A program made the position numbers and the translations under genes. DNA of 64,000 bases, taken from IMG/VR virus record IMGVR_UViG_3300044640_000771. One strand, 5' to 3'. Shown in pieces: positions 45,001 to 52,784 of the stretch. Positions within the stretch are counted from its first letter, which is position 1. Each line of letters begins with the position of its first letter. The notes below the pieces were generated by a model. It was not told where the DNA came from, did no database searches, and worked only from the letters and a program-made list of their open reading frames with translations. This DNA comes from a virus (Duplodnaviria; Heunggongvirae; Uroviricota; Caudoviricetes).

Positions 45001-45161
45001 CCAGTAGCTGCTGTAGACGCACCTTTCCCTAAGTCTCCTAGCCCTTTACCTGCGCTAGAAGAATTTACCTTTTGCATTGCTGCAGCCAGATTGTTTAGAT
45101 CATCTGCTGCTTGCTTGACTTCAGCAGTTTCAACTTTGAAACTTAACGTGGAGAGTTCCAT
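39081..45161 (-). CDS. tail tape measure protein
   Basis: 2026 aa, highly alpha-helical and coiled-coil. Hydrophobic glycine-rich segment. AEEAARAQAQ tandem repeats. Follows the gpG/gpT-like genes. Confidence 0.85.
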   Translation of the reverse strand: MELSTLSFKVETAEVKQAADDLNNLAAAMQKVNSSSAGKGLGDLGKGASTAATGLEEAAQGAERLNKPLAGDLPKNLDRVSKMIQHQSDVLKFLRNDQKYIEDGFTKSQAGMMATATAAGATSDQLQALANVFKDISKVTGKNPFDQSASGLGQLKQKAMEMSNAAEYLAKGFNLTSEQVRLLTRDQIRLSDSMKQQGSSQEAIAAALAKLEREYLQVAGSVNNYVAAAKELEKQNKLQNKQLAENITMMDTAVAQFRKLEQEKADAAARASQKIIDANQAAIDSAERLAKISKLVAGGMSQGEATKRTDMAASGVELANIEKLIAAEKQLAAAKQNVTGSSVKQSGAMSEAAKAAEWLDREIRRADNALVGFNDELKVSSSNRLFRFSEQLRKAGISGDEATAMMEKYRSTIIAGQKKTNEEMDKDLRNLARAVSVQMGDVAVSLAGGMNPFMIMIQQGDQLRAAFQLAKKDAVDTGAAMRVAAAMIAESFIDTGKNIGIFVGGAFKSLYDAVGNLGARFSGPFGGDAIRRWRTELELAEAISGKTTGALTVMNGIIAVMTTTVTAITLAFGAFSLAYGVAFFKASKEADELSKALILTGGSLGLTKNAAIDFAASFEQVGMNVSSAVQYITEFAKAGNFTKQELQLLVPVAKQMSEQLGISAEDAVKSFAKFKKEPVEALIELAKATGMVSQETLQMAIQMEDSGRKTEAQTIAMNEAARVNQVAVDRMKQDYSTLGTILVETGKAFSDLWSGIKSLIYNPNATQKLEKDIAALQERIAGRENSFGPVNKQALAADKEKLQILRDQLNYKILQEEADKDMMATQAAQARATEATRRLNKSIQDDLDKLTMKEMTRTEFVQKFIDKKLEEAKIVGNQTALNQVQMKDLEKLAELEWKKTKTAKDGAKEQLKIDNAYNAAIQRFITLREEAAGKTRELTKAEIAYNEIKASSNWDKFSSKRQEELALERDKAVNAEKLQAFQKEELRLKKELLKYEDKIYELRSSLALDYEKQVESINKENDSLNLRMQVLGKTEEQTKVITREVTRQAKIRQADAEFAIEQMRIWKKFVDAQGNTEGAEFDIEGYLKAVSDADRVRKEKQLVANREVAVSAAEDFMKEFNRIQDGISDAIVTALFEGGKAGKKKLRDVIVAELRKPITLFVNAVVKDITGGFVNSVLGNVTGSATGSAAGSAGSGMLGSVLGSGVSMSSMGSYFATGAMNTVAGTGMSAGMTAGSAVGGANGIAMQLGAAAPYIAAALALYAIYKKLDDSGTPHTGASASYSAGSGSKTGMGVYGVGSDKGFYSKDVETSMAAMSKGIVDILDQTALNFGKTAGYEAAVAFADDSSKDGAWGSLMIGKLGENLAGFGSEGNGRWPGKSFSDGEAGLKEFNAAVAADVKKALESIGLPEWATSMLDSLGDAPTVEQLGAVVDRINATQNALENLGSVMPMFANLTGEAVSSLLGAFGSIENLSGVASGFYQNFYNDSEKANAATAALSKEFEKLGIAVPADRLKYRVEVEKALAAGNEDLAAKLMMLSGAFAELNPWAEATGRTAQDIAESLANMKDEGRQLAIQLLELQGKTAEANAATRLLAIEGMTELEIAAYDMNQAMKAQIADLNVRNKLEDELFKLTHSTAEIRAKELATMSPANQELQKLIWSLEEAAKKTEELKAAEDKLIAQRQSLQDQLFQLTASAADKQQAILDKLADAESQRIQKQIWEVEASQKAAAEAADKKKQVESEAYNLETKRLQLLGDTKTLRERELALVDPANREAQKQIWAIEDKIEADKIAAQAAEEAARAQAQAAEEAARAQAQAAEEAARAAQQIKDAWKSITDSIFEEFARIRGLVAGEGPNSLAQAQSAFDSATVRALNGDQEAAKSLPELSRALLDIAGEQARSMIELRRIQMLTAASLEATGTRINTNYGLAIPAYADGGNYAGGIALVGENGPELINFNSSGRVYDAKTTAGMLGSGSNLEALVEKLNANIEGLRYEVRAGVTHTSKVAKILERVTPDGDAVATRTVV
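39688..39786 (-). repeat. 33-nt tandem repeat (about 3 copies) inside the TMP gene, encoding AAEEAARAQAQ units
   Basis: GCTCTTGCTGCTTCTTCAGCGGCTTGTGCTTGT repeated directly in the sequence. Confidence 0.7.
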
Positions 45162-45223
45162 ACTTACCTCTTATTGGTTATCAGCTTTTTGCTTTTTATT
45201 TAAATCAACTTTCAGTAATCCAA

Positions 45224-45248
45224 ATAAAAAACCCTCGATCAACGAGGG
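45224..45248 (-). terminator. rho-independent terminator between the gpT-like gene and TMP
   Basis: On the minus strand: CCCTCG-TTGAT-CGAGGG then TTTTTTATTT. Confidence 0.6.
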
Positions 45249-45252
45249 CTGA

Positions 45253-45588
45253 TTACTTCTTTGTTTTCGTCTTCTTCTTGGATTCTTTTTCTGCTTCTTC
45301 AGCATGTACTCGCAGAGCAATTCCATCCAACTGTTTGATTGCAGAAATTTCCCAGTCCATCGGAACAACATTATTTAGATCAAAGTAAGCCTTGATATCA
45401 GAAAATGTTATTGGGTTAATACCAAATGCTCCTGCTGTACGGGAGTTATGCAGGTCAATGAAGTATCTCCAAACAAAGGTCATCGTGTCAGGTAGCTCAA
45501 CTAAATCTTCTAGTTCTTCGATAGCTTTACCTGTTTGTCTAGCCGCTGCTTCCAGTTTAGCTCTCAAGGAGTTGGGACCACGCCCCAA
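45253..45588 (-). CDS. tail assembly chaperone-like (gpT-like position)
   Basis: 111 aa with Lys-rich C-terminus, directly upstream of TMP. Confidence 0.35.
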   Translation of the reverse strand: MGRGPNSLRAKLEAAARQTGKAIEELEDLVELPDTMTFVWRYFIDLHNSRTAGAFGINPITFSDIKAYFDLNNVVPMDWEISAIKQLDGIALRVHAEEAEKESKKKTKTKK

Positions 45589-45628
45589 TTTAAACTCCTG
45601 AGTAGCAAATTCTAGAAGTTGTTCTAGA

Positions 45629-46033
45629 TCACTTTGGTTGAAAGTTCAGAATGTCACCAGCTTCTTTGGTAATTTCTTCACGAATCCAAGGGTGAACCTT
45701 CAGTACTTCAGCGGCCTTTTCCTTGCTGAAAGGAACTTCCTTGCCATTCTCGGTAATACCTTCCCATCCGATTAGACGTACCAGGGCAGATTCTACGGCC
45801 ATATCTTCGGCTTCATCCAGGTCTAGCTCATCTTCACGATTCTTACGCTTGGCAATCGCTTGGCGTTGTTGGAATTCTTGGAACTTGCGGCGACCATACT
45901 GCTTGACAGTAGGTGAAAGATCACCGATGATTGTCAACTTAGCGCCAGATGATGCACCAGTGGGTAGCTTCAGTTCAAATGTGTAGCCTACTTCAGCTGA
46001 TTTTGAGAAGTCTTGTTTTTGAATGTCAAACAT
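45629..46033 (-). CDS. tail assembly chaperone (gpG-like)
   Basis: 134 aa, acidic, between the major tail and TMP genes. Strong promoter upstream. Confidence 0.4.
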   Translation of the reverse strand: MFDIQKQDFSKSAEVGYTFELKLPTGASSGAKLTIIGDLSPTVKQYGRRKFQEFQQRQAIAKRKNREDELDLDEAEDMAVESALVRLIGWEGITENGKEVPFSKEKAAEVLKVHPWIREEITKEAGDILNFQPK

Positions 46034-46085
46034 TTCATTTCCTTTCTTGTTGTTAATCGAAGGCTATAATGCCTGTGGAGTTCCT

Positions 46086-46114
46086 ATTGTAACATGAAAT
46101 GCTGGTAATGTCAA
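46086..46114 (-). promoter_or_regulatory. consensus sigma70-type promoter on the minus strand (TTGACA-N17-TACAAT)
   Basis: Reverse complement reads TTGACATTACCAGCATTTCATGTTACAAT. Sits between the major tail gene terminator and the gpG-like gene. Confidence 0.6.
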
Positions 46115-46125
46115 GATTGAAAGAC

Positions 46126-46157
46126 AAAATAAAAACCCCTCGGGATTAACCGAGGGG
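46126..46157 (-). terminator. rho-independent terminator after the major tail protein gene
   Basis: CCCCTCGG-TTAATC-CCGAGGGG 8-bp stem followed by TTTTTATTTT on the minus strand. Confidence 0.7.
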
Positions 46158-46170
46158 AATTCTTTAGCTA

Positions 46171-47400
46171 TTAAGCCTGACTGTCTTGGATAGTGATAGT
46201 TGTTACTTCACCACCAGTAGCGTTGCTAGCGTTCAATAGAGCTTGGAAGTCCATTGAAGCAGTAATCGCTGTTTCAGTGTCATCACGAGTAAAGCTGTTT
46301 AGCTTAACGCGAGGTAGGGTAATACTGATAACGTCAGCAGTTGCAGCGTTTGAAGCTGTCAGTGTGAAGATCAGTGATACTTCTGTTTCGTCCTTAAATG
46401 CGTTACGAGCAACGGCATCAGTGAAGTAAACAGATAGTGAACCATCTACAGCAGCACGACCAGTGAAAACTTCAGCAATACTGTTTGAACCTAGAACGGT
46501 AGCGTTGCTTAGGTTACGGTTTACGTTAATTGAAGCATCGGTAATAACCGCTACAGGAGTACCGTTGAAGATAACTACACCGTTAACACCAGCGAATACA
46601 CCACCAGTACCTTGTGTTGGGCTAGTGAAGTATTGTGATGTTGAAGTTAGAGCCAAGTCCTTACCCATGAAACCGATATCGACCGTAGCCATACCAGTAG
46701 CAGGTAGAGAGATACCTAGAGTATTTACCTTAACACCAGTATAAACTTCTGACTGAGCAATGTTAGCAAACCATTCTTCAACAGTGAAAGAATCGTTAGT
46801 GTGACCAGTCTGAGGAACCCAAGTCTTCTTACCAACTACAGCGATGGCAGTAGCTGCACTTGAAGAGCTAGGAGTGATAGTAGAACCGTTTACAACAACG
46901 ACACTTGCTACAGTAGCTGTCAGAGCAACGATAAGCAAGTTCTTATTCAGTACGTCAGCATTTAGACCAGTACCTGCGCTAATACGCATTACGTCACCGA
47001 TACGGAATCCGTCAGTAATCCAGCTACCAGTTACACGAGTAAGAGGATATACACCGGATACTGCAGCACCTACAGTCAGGTTACCTGTACCAGCGTGAGC
47101 AGCAGTAGCACCAGCTGTGAAATCACGAGTAAGAACAGCAGCCATAAAGTCTGCGTATGAACCAGCAGAAAGTTCACCATTTAGTGACCCTTCAGCAGAA
47201 CGTACACCGTGGCGCATGTCTGAGATTTGATAGTCAGTACGTAGTTCTTCTGACTGATATGTTTCTTTTGATAGGTTAAACGCAGCAGTAACACGACGCA
47301 TTGCTTTTGCGCCAGCACCGCCTGCAGCCGCAGTTCCCCATTGACCTGCACCTTCTTTCTTGTAAGCTACTACTTTGCTTACGCCTTGAGCTAATGGCAT
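46171..47400 (-). CDS. major tail (tube) protein
   Basis: 409 aa, beta-rich, position equivalent to lambda V. High expression implied by its own terminator. Confidence 0.5.
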   Translation of the reverse strand: MPLAQGVSKVVAYKKEGAGQWGTAAAGGAGAKAMRRVTAAFNLSKETYQSEELRTDYQISDMRHGVRSAEGSLNGELSAGSYADFMAAVLTRDFTAGATAAHAGTGNLTVGAAVSGVYPLTRVTGSWITDGFRIGDVMRISAGTGLNADVLNKNLLIVALTATVASVVVVNGSTITPSSSSAATAIAVVGKKTWVPQTGHTNDSFTVEEWFANIAQSEVYTGVKVNTLGISLPATGMATVDIGFMGKDLALTSTSQYFTSPTQGTGGVFAGVNGVVIFNGTPVAVITDASINVNRNLSNATVLGSNSIAEVFTGRAAVDGSLSVYFTDAVARNAFKDETEVSLIFTLTASNAATADVISITLPRVKLNSFTRDDTETAITASMDFQALLNASNATGGEVTTITIQDSQA

Positions 47401-47443
47401 ATATTTTCCTTTAAGTTATTGCTATTTACTTATCCCAAGAGAC

Positions 47444-47845
47444 TTAGATAGCCTCTACAGAATATCTGATTAAAACAGGAACAATTACCCTATCCCCAAT
47501 GATAGTGCATCCTGAAATGTACGGAGTTCGCATAATCTGCACTACGCTATTCCCTTCGGTTAAAGTTGTACCTCTCTTGAAGTGACTTCTTAACGCTTCT
47601 GCCCTTCCTAACACTTCACCTGTACCTTTATTACTGGGATAAAGTAGGAAAACTTGAAACTCACCATTATCTCTGAAGTAATCATCACCTAGAGTTGGAT
47701 TTTCCGGTCTACTTGGGACGAGTTGAACTCGTTGATAAGGTGTACCGTTTATAGGGGAGAAAGAAACTCCCTCATATGCTGTTGACAAGCTAGGCGTTAA
47801 AGCACTAAGATGTTTCTCCAGAGCTTTCTTTGTATTTTCGATCAT
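47444..47845 (-). CDS. tail completion / head-tail joining protein (gpU-like position)
   Basis: 133 aa between the head-tail connector genes and the major tail gene. Confidence 0.35.
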   Translation of the reverse strand: MIENTKKALEKHLSALTPSLSTAYEGVSFSPINGTPYQRVQLVPSRPENPTLGDDYFRDNGEFQVFLLYPSNKGTGEVLGRAEALRSHFKRGTTLTEGNSVVQIMRTPYISGCTIIGDRVIVPVLIRYSVEAI

Positions 47846-48387
47846 CGTTCCATAGCCTCGTCAAAGTATTGTTTTAGTCTAGGAGTACCTGCATAGATTT
47901 CCATGATAGCTTCGATAGCTTCGTCACCTAAACTCCAACCAGGATTACCTTTTGCAGATACATCATTTAGCATACTGAAACCAGGACCGTTGGCACCTAC
48001 CCAAAATGTTTCACCTAGAGTATAAGTTGATCTGGCTTTCTCTGTAGCTCTTGCATCTACTGTTTCATTCTCATAGATATTTCTATCGAAGTCGAAACTA
48101 GGTGTTGTATTCGTTGTCCAAGAACCCTTGTGGAAACCTACTTGAATGTTAATACCGTGTTGGTTGAAACGATTCTTGTACATGTTAAAGTACGCAGCTT
48201 CCATTGTTCCGGGATTGTCTTCACCGTACTGCAAGCTTTCTGCACTACCTAACTTTGTCTTATTAGAAGCAATCTGTGCGATATCACCAGCGAAACTAAC
48301 CACCATGTGTCCAAGTGCAAATTCCATCTTGTTGACAAGTTCTTGTAGTTCTTTTGCAACTTGGTCAGAATTTGAACTTACAAACAT
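47842..48387 (-). CDS. head-tail joining / tail completion protein (gpZ-like position)
   Basis: 181 aa. Confidence 0.35.
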   Translation of the reverse strand: MFVSSNSDQVAKELQELVNKMEFALGHMVVSFAGDIAQIASNKTKLGSAESLQYGEDNPGTMEAAYFNMYKNRFNQHGINIQVGFHKGSWTTNTTPSFDFDRNIYENETVDARATEKARSTYTLGETFWVGANGPGFSMLNDVSAKGNPGWSLGDEAIEAIMEIYAGTPRLKQYFDEAMER

Positions 48388-48734
48388 TAGATCACCCCGA
48401 GGATTCTGTGTAAGATAACTTGTCCATCTGCACTGTGTGATTGGACAGAATCAATCTTGTAAACCTTACCGTTGAATGTAATCAAGTCTTGAGGTTCGGG
48501 AGTGAAAGGTAGAGAAGCAGCACTAATATAGAACAGTCCGACTTCTTTACCGATTAAGTTTGGAAAGTTATACTGATTAGCACGTTGGTGCTTCATGTAC
48601 ATCTTTACAGTATAGTTTGTACTTGTGTTTGTAACAGAAGAAGTCTCAACGTCATATACACCTTCGACTACTCTCGTATACGTTGAAAGGATACCTTGTC
48701 TACTCAAAATGTATTCAACAGATTGTTTAAACAT
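48387..48734 (-). CDS. head-tail connector protein (gpFII-like position)
   Basis: 115 aa. Confidence 0.35.
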   Translation of the reverse strand: MFKQSVEYILSRQGILSTYTRVVEGVYDVETSSVTNTSTNYTVKMYMKHQRANQYNFPNLIGKEVGLFYISAASLPFTPEPQDLITFNGKVYKIDSVQSHSADGQVILHRILGVI

Positions 48735-48743
48735 ACAGTCTCC

Positions 48744-49154
48744 TTACGCTGAGAAAGGATCAGAAGTTGCAATGTTAATTTCTAGTCCTGGGGTATTGAC
48801 AAAGTTTGTATCTGCGTTAGAATTGTTCGCAAGCATGTCGGACTTGCTGATGCCACCAGCGTAACCGTTGGCTAGCGACAAGACAGGATTCATGTTAGGA
48901 TCACGTAAGAACATCTGTAGAGACATTCTGTATTGCTCTGCGGACTTACCACCCTTGACAGTAAAGATATCAATGGTTTGGTCACCACGCATTGAAAGCT
49001 GCATCAAGATTGACTTGGCAGCATCCATCGATGCACGACGAACTGAGTCATTATTCTTTGACAGGAAATATTCATATGTGCTATCATCCAGAATAGGAAA
49101 TTGCACATCAACATCGCCAACAGCGACTCTTACTTCTTGAATTGGAGTTAGCAT
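48744..49154 (-). CDS. head-tail connector / head completion protein (gpFI-like position)
   Basis: 136 aa. Confidence 0.35.
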   Translation of the reverse strand: MLTPIQEVRVAVGDVDVQFPILDDSTYEYFLSKNNDSVRRASMDAAKSILMQLSMRGDQTIDIFTVKGGKSAEQYRMSLQMFLRDPNMNPVLSLANGYAGGISKSDMLANNSNADTNFVNTPGLEINIATSDPFSA

Positions 49155-49196
49155 GTTTTATCCTTTATTGTTTGCTAAATACACATCATATGCACT

Positions 49197-49224
49197 TAGA
49201 AAACAAGGGAACCCGAAGGTTCCC
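49197..49224 (-). terminator. rho-independent terminator after the major capsid gene
   Basis: GGGAACC-TTCG-GGTTCCC followed by TTGTTTTCT on the minus strand. Confidence 0.6.
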
Positions 49225-49230
49225 AAGTTA

Positions 49231-50244
49231 TTAGTTGCTGCTAAATACGCGGCAGATCGTAGCAGGACGACGCACTAGGTGTAGTTGGTTAGATTCAGTT
49301 TGCAGAATCAGACCTTCATCCTTTGGATCACGGTATTGGAACGCATAGGCTTCTTGACCCAGTGTGTTAACAAGTGAAAGCTTGTTAGCTGGTGAGAAGT
49401 AGCTTACGAACGTATCCTGAGTACCAGTTGGGAACGCATAAGCATCACCAGCAGGGATCAGAGCGCTACCGTTGTATGAACCACGGTATTCAATGAACTC
49501 TACACCACCGTGCATGAAACGACGATATAGACCTGAACCTAGACGTTGACGTAGAGGCTCTTGTGTGCTAGCGTAGTACTTGTATGCTTCCTTGATGGTA
49601 GCGTGGTCAATCAGCTTTGCGAAGAAAGTAGGTGAACAGATGAAAGTAACACCAGTCATAACATCACCAGACAGTTGATTGTCTTGGATGTGAGCTACGA
49701 TTTCTTCAATCTTAGCAGTTAGGTTAGTTGTAGTCGTACCTAGTACGAAGTCAACTTCCTTACGAGTAATACCGAAAGAAGTGTAGTAGTTATCTACAAC
49801 AGTTCCGTTAGGAGCGTATACAGCACCGTTAGTCAGAGCATAAGCCTTAGCAGCTTCCATCGTAACAGCGTGGTTACGACGAATACGCTCTAGCTTACGA
49901 GCAACAACAGCAGCCTCTTGATCAACATTATCTGAACCGTAAGCGCGCTTACCTTGTAGGTCTTGCGGAGTTACAGCGTCATCTAGCGTGAAGTGAGGAA
50001 TGCTGAAGGCGTGAATCTGACGGCCATCGTCCTTGCTAACAAGGTTACGAGCACCACGTACAGTATCACCGATAACGCTTAGAGTACCAGAAGTTACTTC
50101 AACGTTAATAGTGTGCTGAGTTACTGACTCACTACGGAAAAGACCGAGTTCGTTAATCAGACCCCATGTGTTAGGGATAAGATTTAGTTCTTCGGTTAGG
50201 TCCACCATTTCGTATGGACGGTCAAATGATCTGATAATAGCCAC
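49231..50244 (-). CDS. major capsid protein (lambda gpE-like)
   Basis: 337 aa. Placement after the scaffold and decoration genes. Own terminator. C-terminal region resembles lambda E. Confidence 0.6.
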   Translation of the reverse strand: MAIIRSFDRPYEMVDLTEELNLIPNTWGLINELGLFRSESVTQHTINVEVTSGTLSVIGDTVRGARNLVSKDDGRQIHAFSIPHFTLDDAVTPQDLQGKRAYGSDNVDQEAAVVARKLERIRRNHAVTMEAAKAYALTNGAVYAPNGTVVDNYYTSFGITRKEVDFVLGTTTTNLTAKIEEIVAHIQDNQLSGDVMTGVTFICSPTFFAKLIDHATIKEAYKYYASTQEPLRQRLGSGLYRRFMHGGVEFIEYRGSYNGSALIPAGDAYAFPTGTQDTFVSYFSPANKLSLVNTLGQEAYAFQYRDPKDEGLILQTESNQLHLVRRPATICRVFSSN

Positions 50245-50245
50245 G

Positions 50246-50956
50246 TTAATTTTCCTTATTAAATTTTGTTTTCCAATTGTTATCTAGACTTGGATTCCAT
50301 CCAGACCTAAACATTTTGATTAGTGATTGTGAATTTCCAGGGGTTAGTCCCGTTAACTCACAAAACACTTTAATTGATATTTTGTGCCTAGAATTTGCGC
50401 ACATTGTTAACATCTGTTCAAAACTGTTGAAGTAAACATCTGCTTTCTCCCATAAAGTTAGATTTGCTCTAGAATTCTCCCAAGCAAGTCCTTTATTTAA
50501 TTTAGCAAGACGCTGTTTACCCTTGGTTACTTCCGATGCAACTCTACCTCTGTTCAAAGTCTTGAACTTTTCTCTATACGTTTCATCTTCAGCATACTTT
50601 TTCTTTAGTCCAAGACTAATTTTCATTTTGATGCTATCGGTGAAATGTTCCCTAGTTGTATTCGAATCATGCTTGCCACCAACTGAGTGATTCAATCCGA
50701 TATTTACCTTTGGTCGCAAAGATTTCTCTAAGTCAAGACAATATTCAGATGAACCAATAAGAAGAATAGTCATTCTATAATCATCATACTTTCGCATCGC
50801 GTTATAGAGTCTATGATTTTTCTTCTTGCTTTCTTTAGTATACAAATGATGTTTCCACCTTGAGTCTGGATTAATTGAAATTCCAATATAACCCTCTTCT
50901 AGTAGATTCGTATCACTAGGGCGATGTATCCAGTATAGATAACAAACGTCAGTCAA
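50246..50956 (-). CDS. GIY-YIG homing endonuclease inserted between the decoration and capsid genes
   Basis: CYLYWIHRPSDTNLLEEGYIGIS GIY...YIG motif. Basic C-terminal DNA-binding region. Confidence 0.7.
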   Translation of the reverse strand: MTDVCYLYWIHRPSDTNLLEEGYIGISINPDSRWKHHLYTKESKKKNHRLYNAMRKYDDYRMTILLIGSSEYCLDLEKSLRPKVNIGLNHSVGGKHDSNTTREHFTDSIKMKISLGLKKKYAEDETYREKFKTLNRGRVASEVTKGKQRLAKLNKGLAWENSRANLTLWEKADVYFNSFEQMLTMCANSRHKISIKVFCELTGLTPGNSQSLIKMFRSGWNPSLDNNWKTKFNKEN

Positions 50957-50958
50957 TT

Positions 50959-51357
50959 TTAGACCGTATCATTTACCTGAATACCCTTGGCTTCCAGTGA
51001 TGCGTAGATAGCATCCTTTTCAGCTTGCAGGTCTTGAGTAGCGTCAAGAATCAGAGCGCCCTTAGAAACGATAGCTGGACCCTTGATCAGAACCATCACT
51101 TTCTTGTCGGTGTTCAGAGCAGCAGTAACGTCTTCCATCAGGATAGCGTCAGCTACCAGTGAACCGTCAGCGGCACCTTGTACGGGAATCTTGTACTTAC
51201 CACTTGCGGTAACCTTACCCAGAACTGTACCAATCTTCAGATCACCAGCAGTACCATTGTAAGTTACAACAGCACGGCAGAAACCGTGATTAGCCCAGAA
51301 CTCGTCCTTAAGCATGTTGCTCAGGCGCTTGTTTTCAGTTGCGAATGCAATAGCCAT
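50959..51357 (-). CDS. head decoration protein (gpD-like)
   Basis: 132 aa between the scaffold and capsid genes, as in lambda. Confidence 0.45.
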   Translation of the reverse strand: MAIAFATENKRLSNMLKDEFWANHGFCRAVVTYNGTAGDLKIGTVLGKVTASGKYKIPVQGAADGSLVADAILMEDVTAALNTDKKVMVLIKGPAIVSKGALILDATQDLQAEKDAIYASLEAKGIQVNDTV

Positions 51358-51369
51358 TTTATTTTTCCT

Positions 51370-52335
51370 TTATTTCTGTGCGTATTTAGCTTTGAGTACT
51401 TTTGATACTTGAGATTCCGCAACGGGAGTATCTTCAACATCAACAGTAGCACCAGTTTCCTTGAACATTTCTGACTTCTCTACGATAGCCTGCATTCCTG
51501 CTAGCACTTCGACTGAAGCATCAAATTCAGCATCACTTTCTAGAAGAGAAAGGGCCTTGAATAGAGATTCTGCTTTAGCTTCGTCCTTAACAGCGGCTTT
51601 TAGTTTATCGAAACGAGACTTACGAATCATTTCTTGCTTTTCAGCCTTAAATACATTGAGTTCTTCAAGAGCCTTAGCAAGTTCAACCTTAATGGTGTCA
51701 TTTGCTTTCTTGATTTCTTCTAGTTCATCCATGTAATTTTTTCCTTTGTTAACATTCTCAGAAGGTTCAACCTTCGTTTGTGTTTCATCCGATTGTTTAG
51801 CTTTCGCTACGGCTTCGGTTGAGCCTTCTTCAGCTTTAGCTTTTGCAGCTTTGGCAGAATTCTTTTCGATCTTAGCAAGTACTTTCTCAAGCTTAGATTG
51901 TGACTTGAGTACTTTCAGATATTTATCTTCACCTAGTGCAAGAATATCAGCAGCGATATCCTTTGATTCATTAAGTGACTTCAATACTTCGAACTGATCC
52001 AGACGTTCTTGGATACGATTTTCATACCAATCTTCGTAACTGTCAGTATCTTCAACTTCATCTTCTACTTCAACGTAACCCATCATGCGCGCAAGTACTT
52101 CAGCATCTTCGTAATAAACGTTGAAGAATTTACGCAAGAACTCAGGAAGTTCCATAGTAACTCGGACTTGTTGCATCTTGGTTACGAATTCTTGAGAGAA
52201 TCCTGTAGCTTTCATTACAAGAGCGTAGTCATGACCATTTGCTGGCCCACCTTGCTGCTTGCTTACTAGAGCTACGTGAGCACCTTCGTGTTGGAAACTA
52301 ATGTCAGATAGCTTTCGTTTTGCTTTAGTTGTCAT
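51370..52335 (-). CDS. capsid scaffolding protein
   Basis: 321 aa, acidic, long coiled coil (EKVLAKIEKNSAKAAKAKAEE...). Immediately after the protease gene with an ATGA overlap. Confidence 0.55.
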   Translation of the reverse strand: MTTKAKRKLSDISFQHEGAHVALVSKQQGGPANGHDYALVMKATGFSQEFVTKMQQVRVTMELPEFLRKFFNVYYEDAEVLARMMGYVEVEDEVEDTDSYEDWYENRIQERLDQFEVLKSLNESKDIAADILALGEDKYLKVLKSQSKLEKVLAKIEKNSAKAAKAKAEEGSTEAVAKAKQSDETQTKVEPSENVNKGKNYMDELEEIKKANDTIKVELAKALEELNVFKAEKQEMIRKSRFDKLKAAVKDEAKAESLFKALSLLESDAEFDASVEVLAGMQAIVEKSEMFKETGATVDVEDTPVAESQVSKVLKAKYAQK

Positions 52336-52718
52336 TCTTCTTCACCTTCCAGTGTTTCAACAGCAGCCAAAGCGCCGATTGATAGTCCGTTAATTTCACC
52401 TGACTTCATCAGTTCCCATAGATTATCATCTAGAGCCTGTACTGTAGCTAGCCAAGTACCTTTCTTAACTTCCTTGTCACCTAGAATAAAGTCTGTTGGA
52501 CAGACATATGATTCTACGAATTCAAATGATTCGGATTCTACTAGGTGAAACAAGTTAGCTTGCATCGAGAATTTATTGAAGTTATGACATGCTTTACGCA
52601 CTTCATCTTCAGAAATAGTATCTCCGTGAGCATCAACTTCGTCAGGAACCAATACAATGTAAGTGGCCTGCTTTAGTTCTTCATTCACAGCTTTCGCAAT
52701 CTTTGTACGTTTTGTCAT
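52332..52718 (-). CDS. prohead maturation protease (HK97 gp4 / S78-like, short)
   Basis: DAHGDTI and C-terminal INGLSIGALAA resemble the S78 family D-x-GD and GLSIGF catalytic-Ser motifs. AAGGAG SD. Strong promoter upstream. Confidence 0.45.
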   Translation of the reverse strand: MTKRTKIAKAVNEELKQATYIVLVPDEVDAHGDTISEDEVRKACHNFNKFSMQANLFHLVESESFEFVESYVCPTDFILGDKEVKKGTWLATVQALDDNLWELMKSGEINGLSIGALAAVETLEGEEE

Positions 52719-52750
52719 AACGCTCCTTTAGAGTAAGCGCAATATAAGAA

Positions 52751-52779
52751 ATTATATCACAGTTTAATGGTAATGTCAA
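52751..52779 (-). promoter_or_regulatory. perfect consensus sigma70-type promoter on the minus strand (TTGACA-N17-TATAAT) driving the protease-scaffold-capsid operon
   Basis: Reverse complement reads TTGACATTACCATTAAACTGTGATATAAT. Shares the TTGACATTACCA core with the 46086 promoter. Confidence 0.7.
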
Positions 52780-52784
52780 GGTAA

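Noticed and set aside
45589-45628. Programmed -1 frameshift joining the gpG-like and gpT-like chaperone genes
   Set aside because: The two ORFs are separated by about 40 nt with in-frame stops, and no slippery heptamer is evident. They are treated as separate genes.
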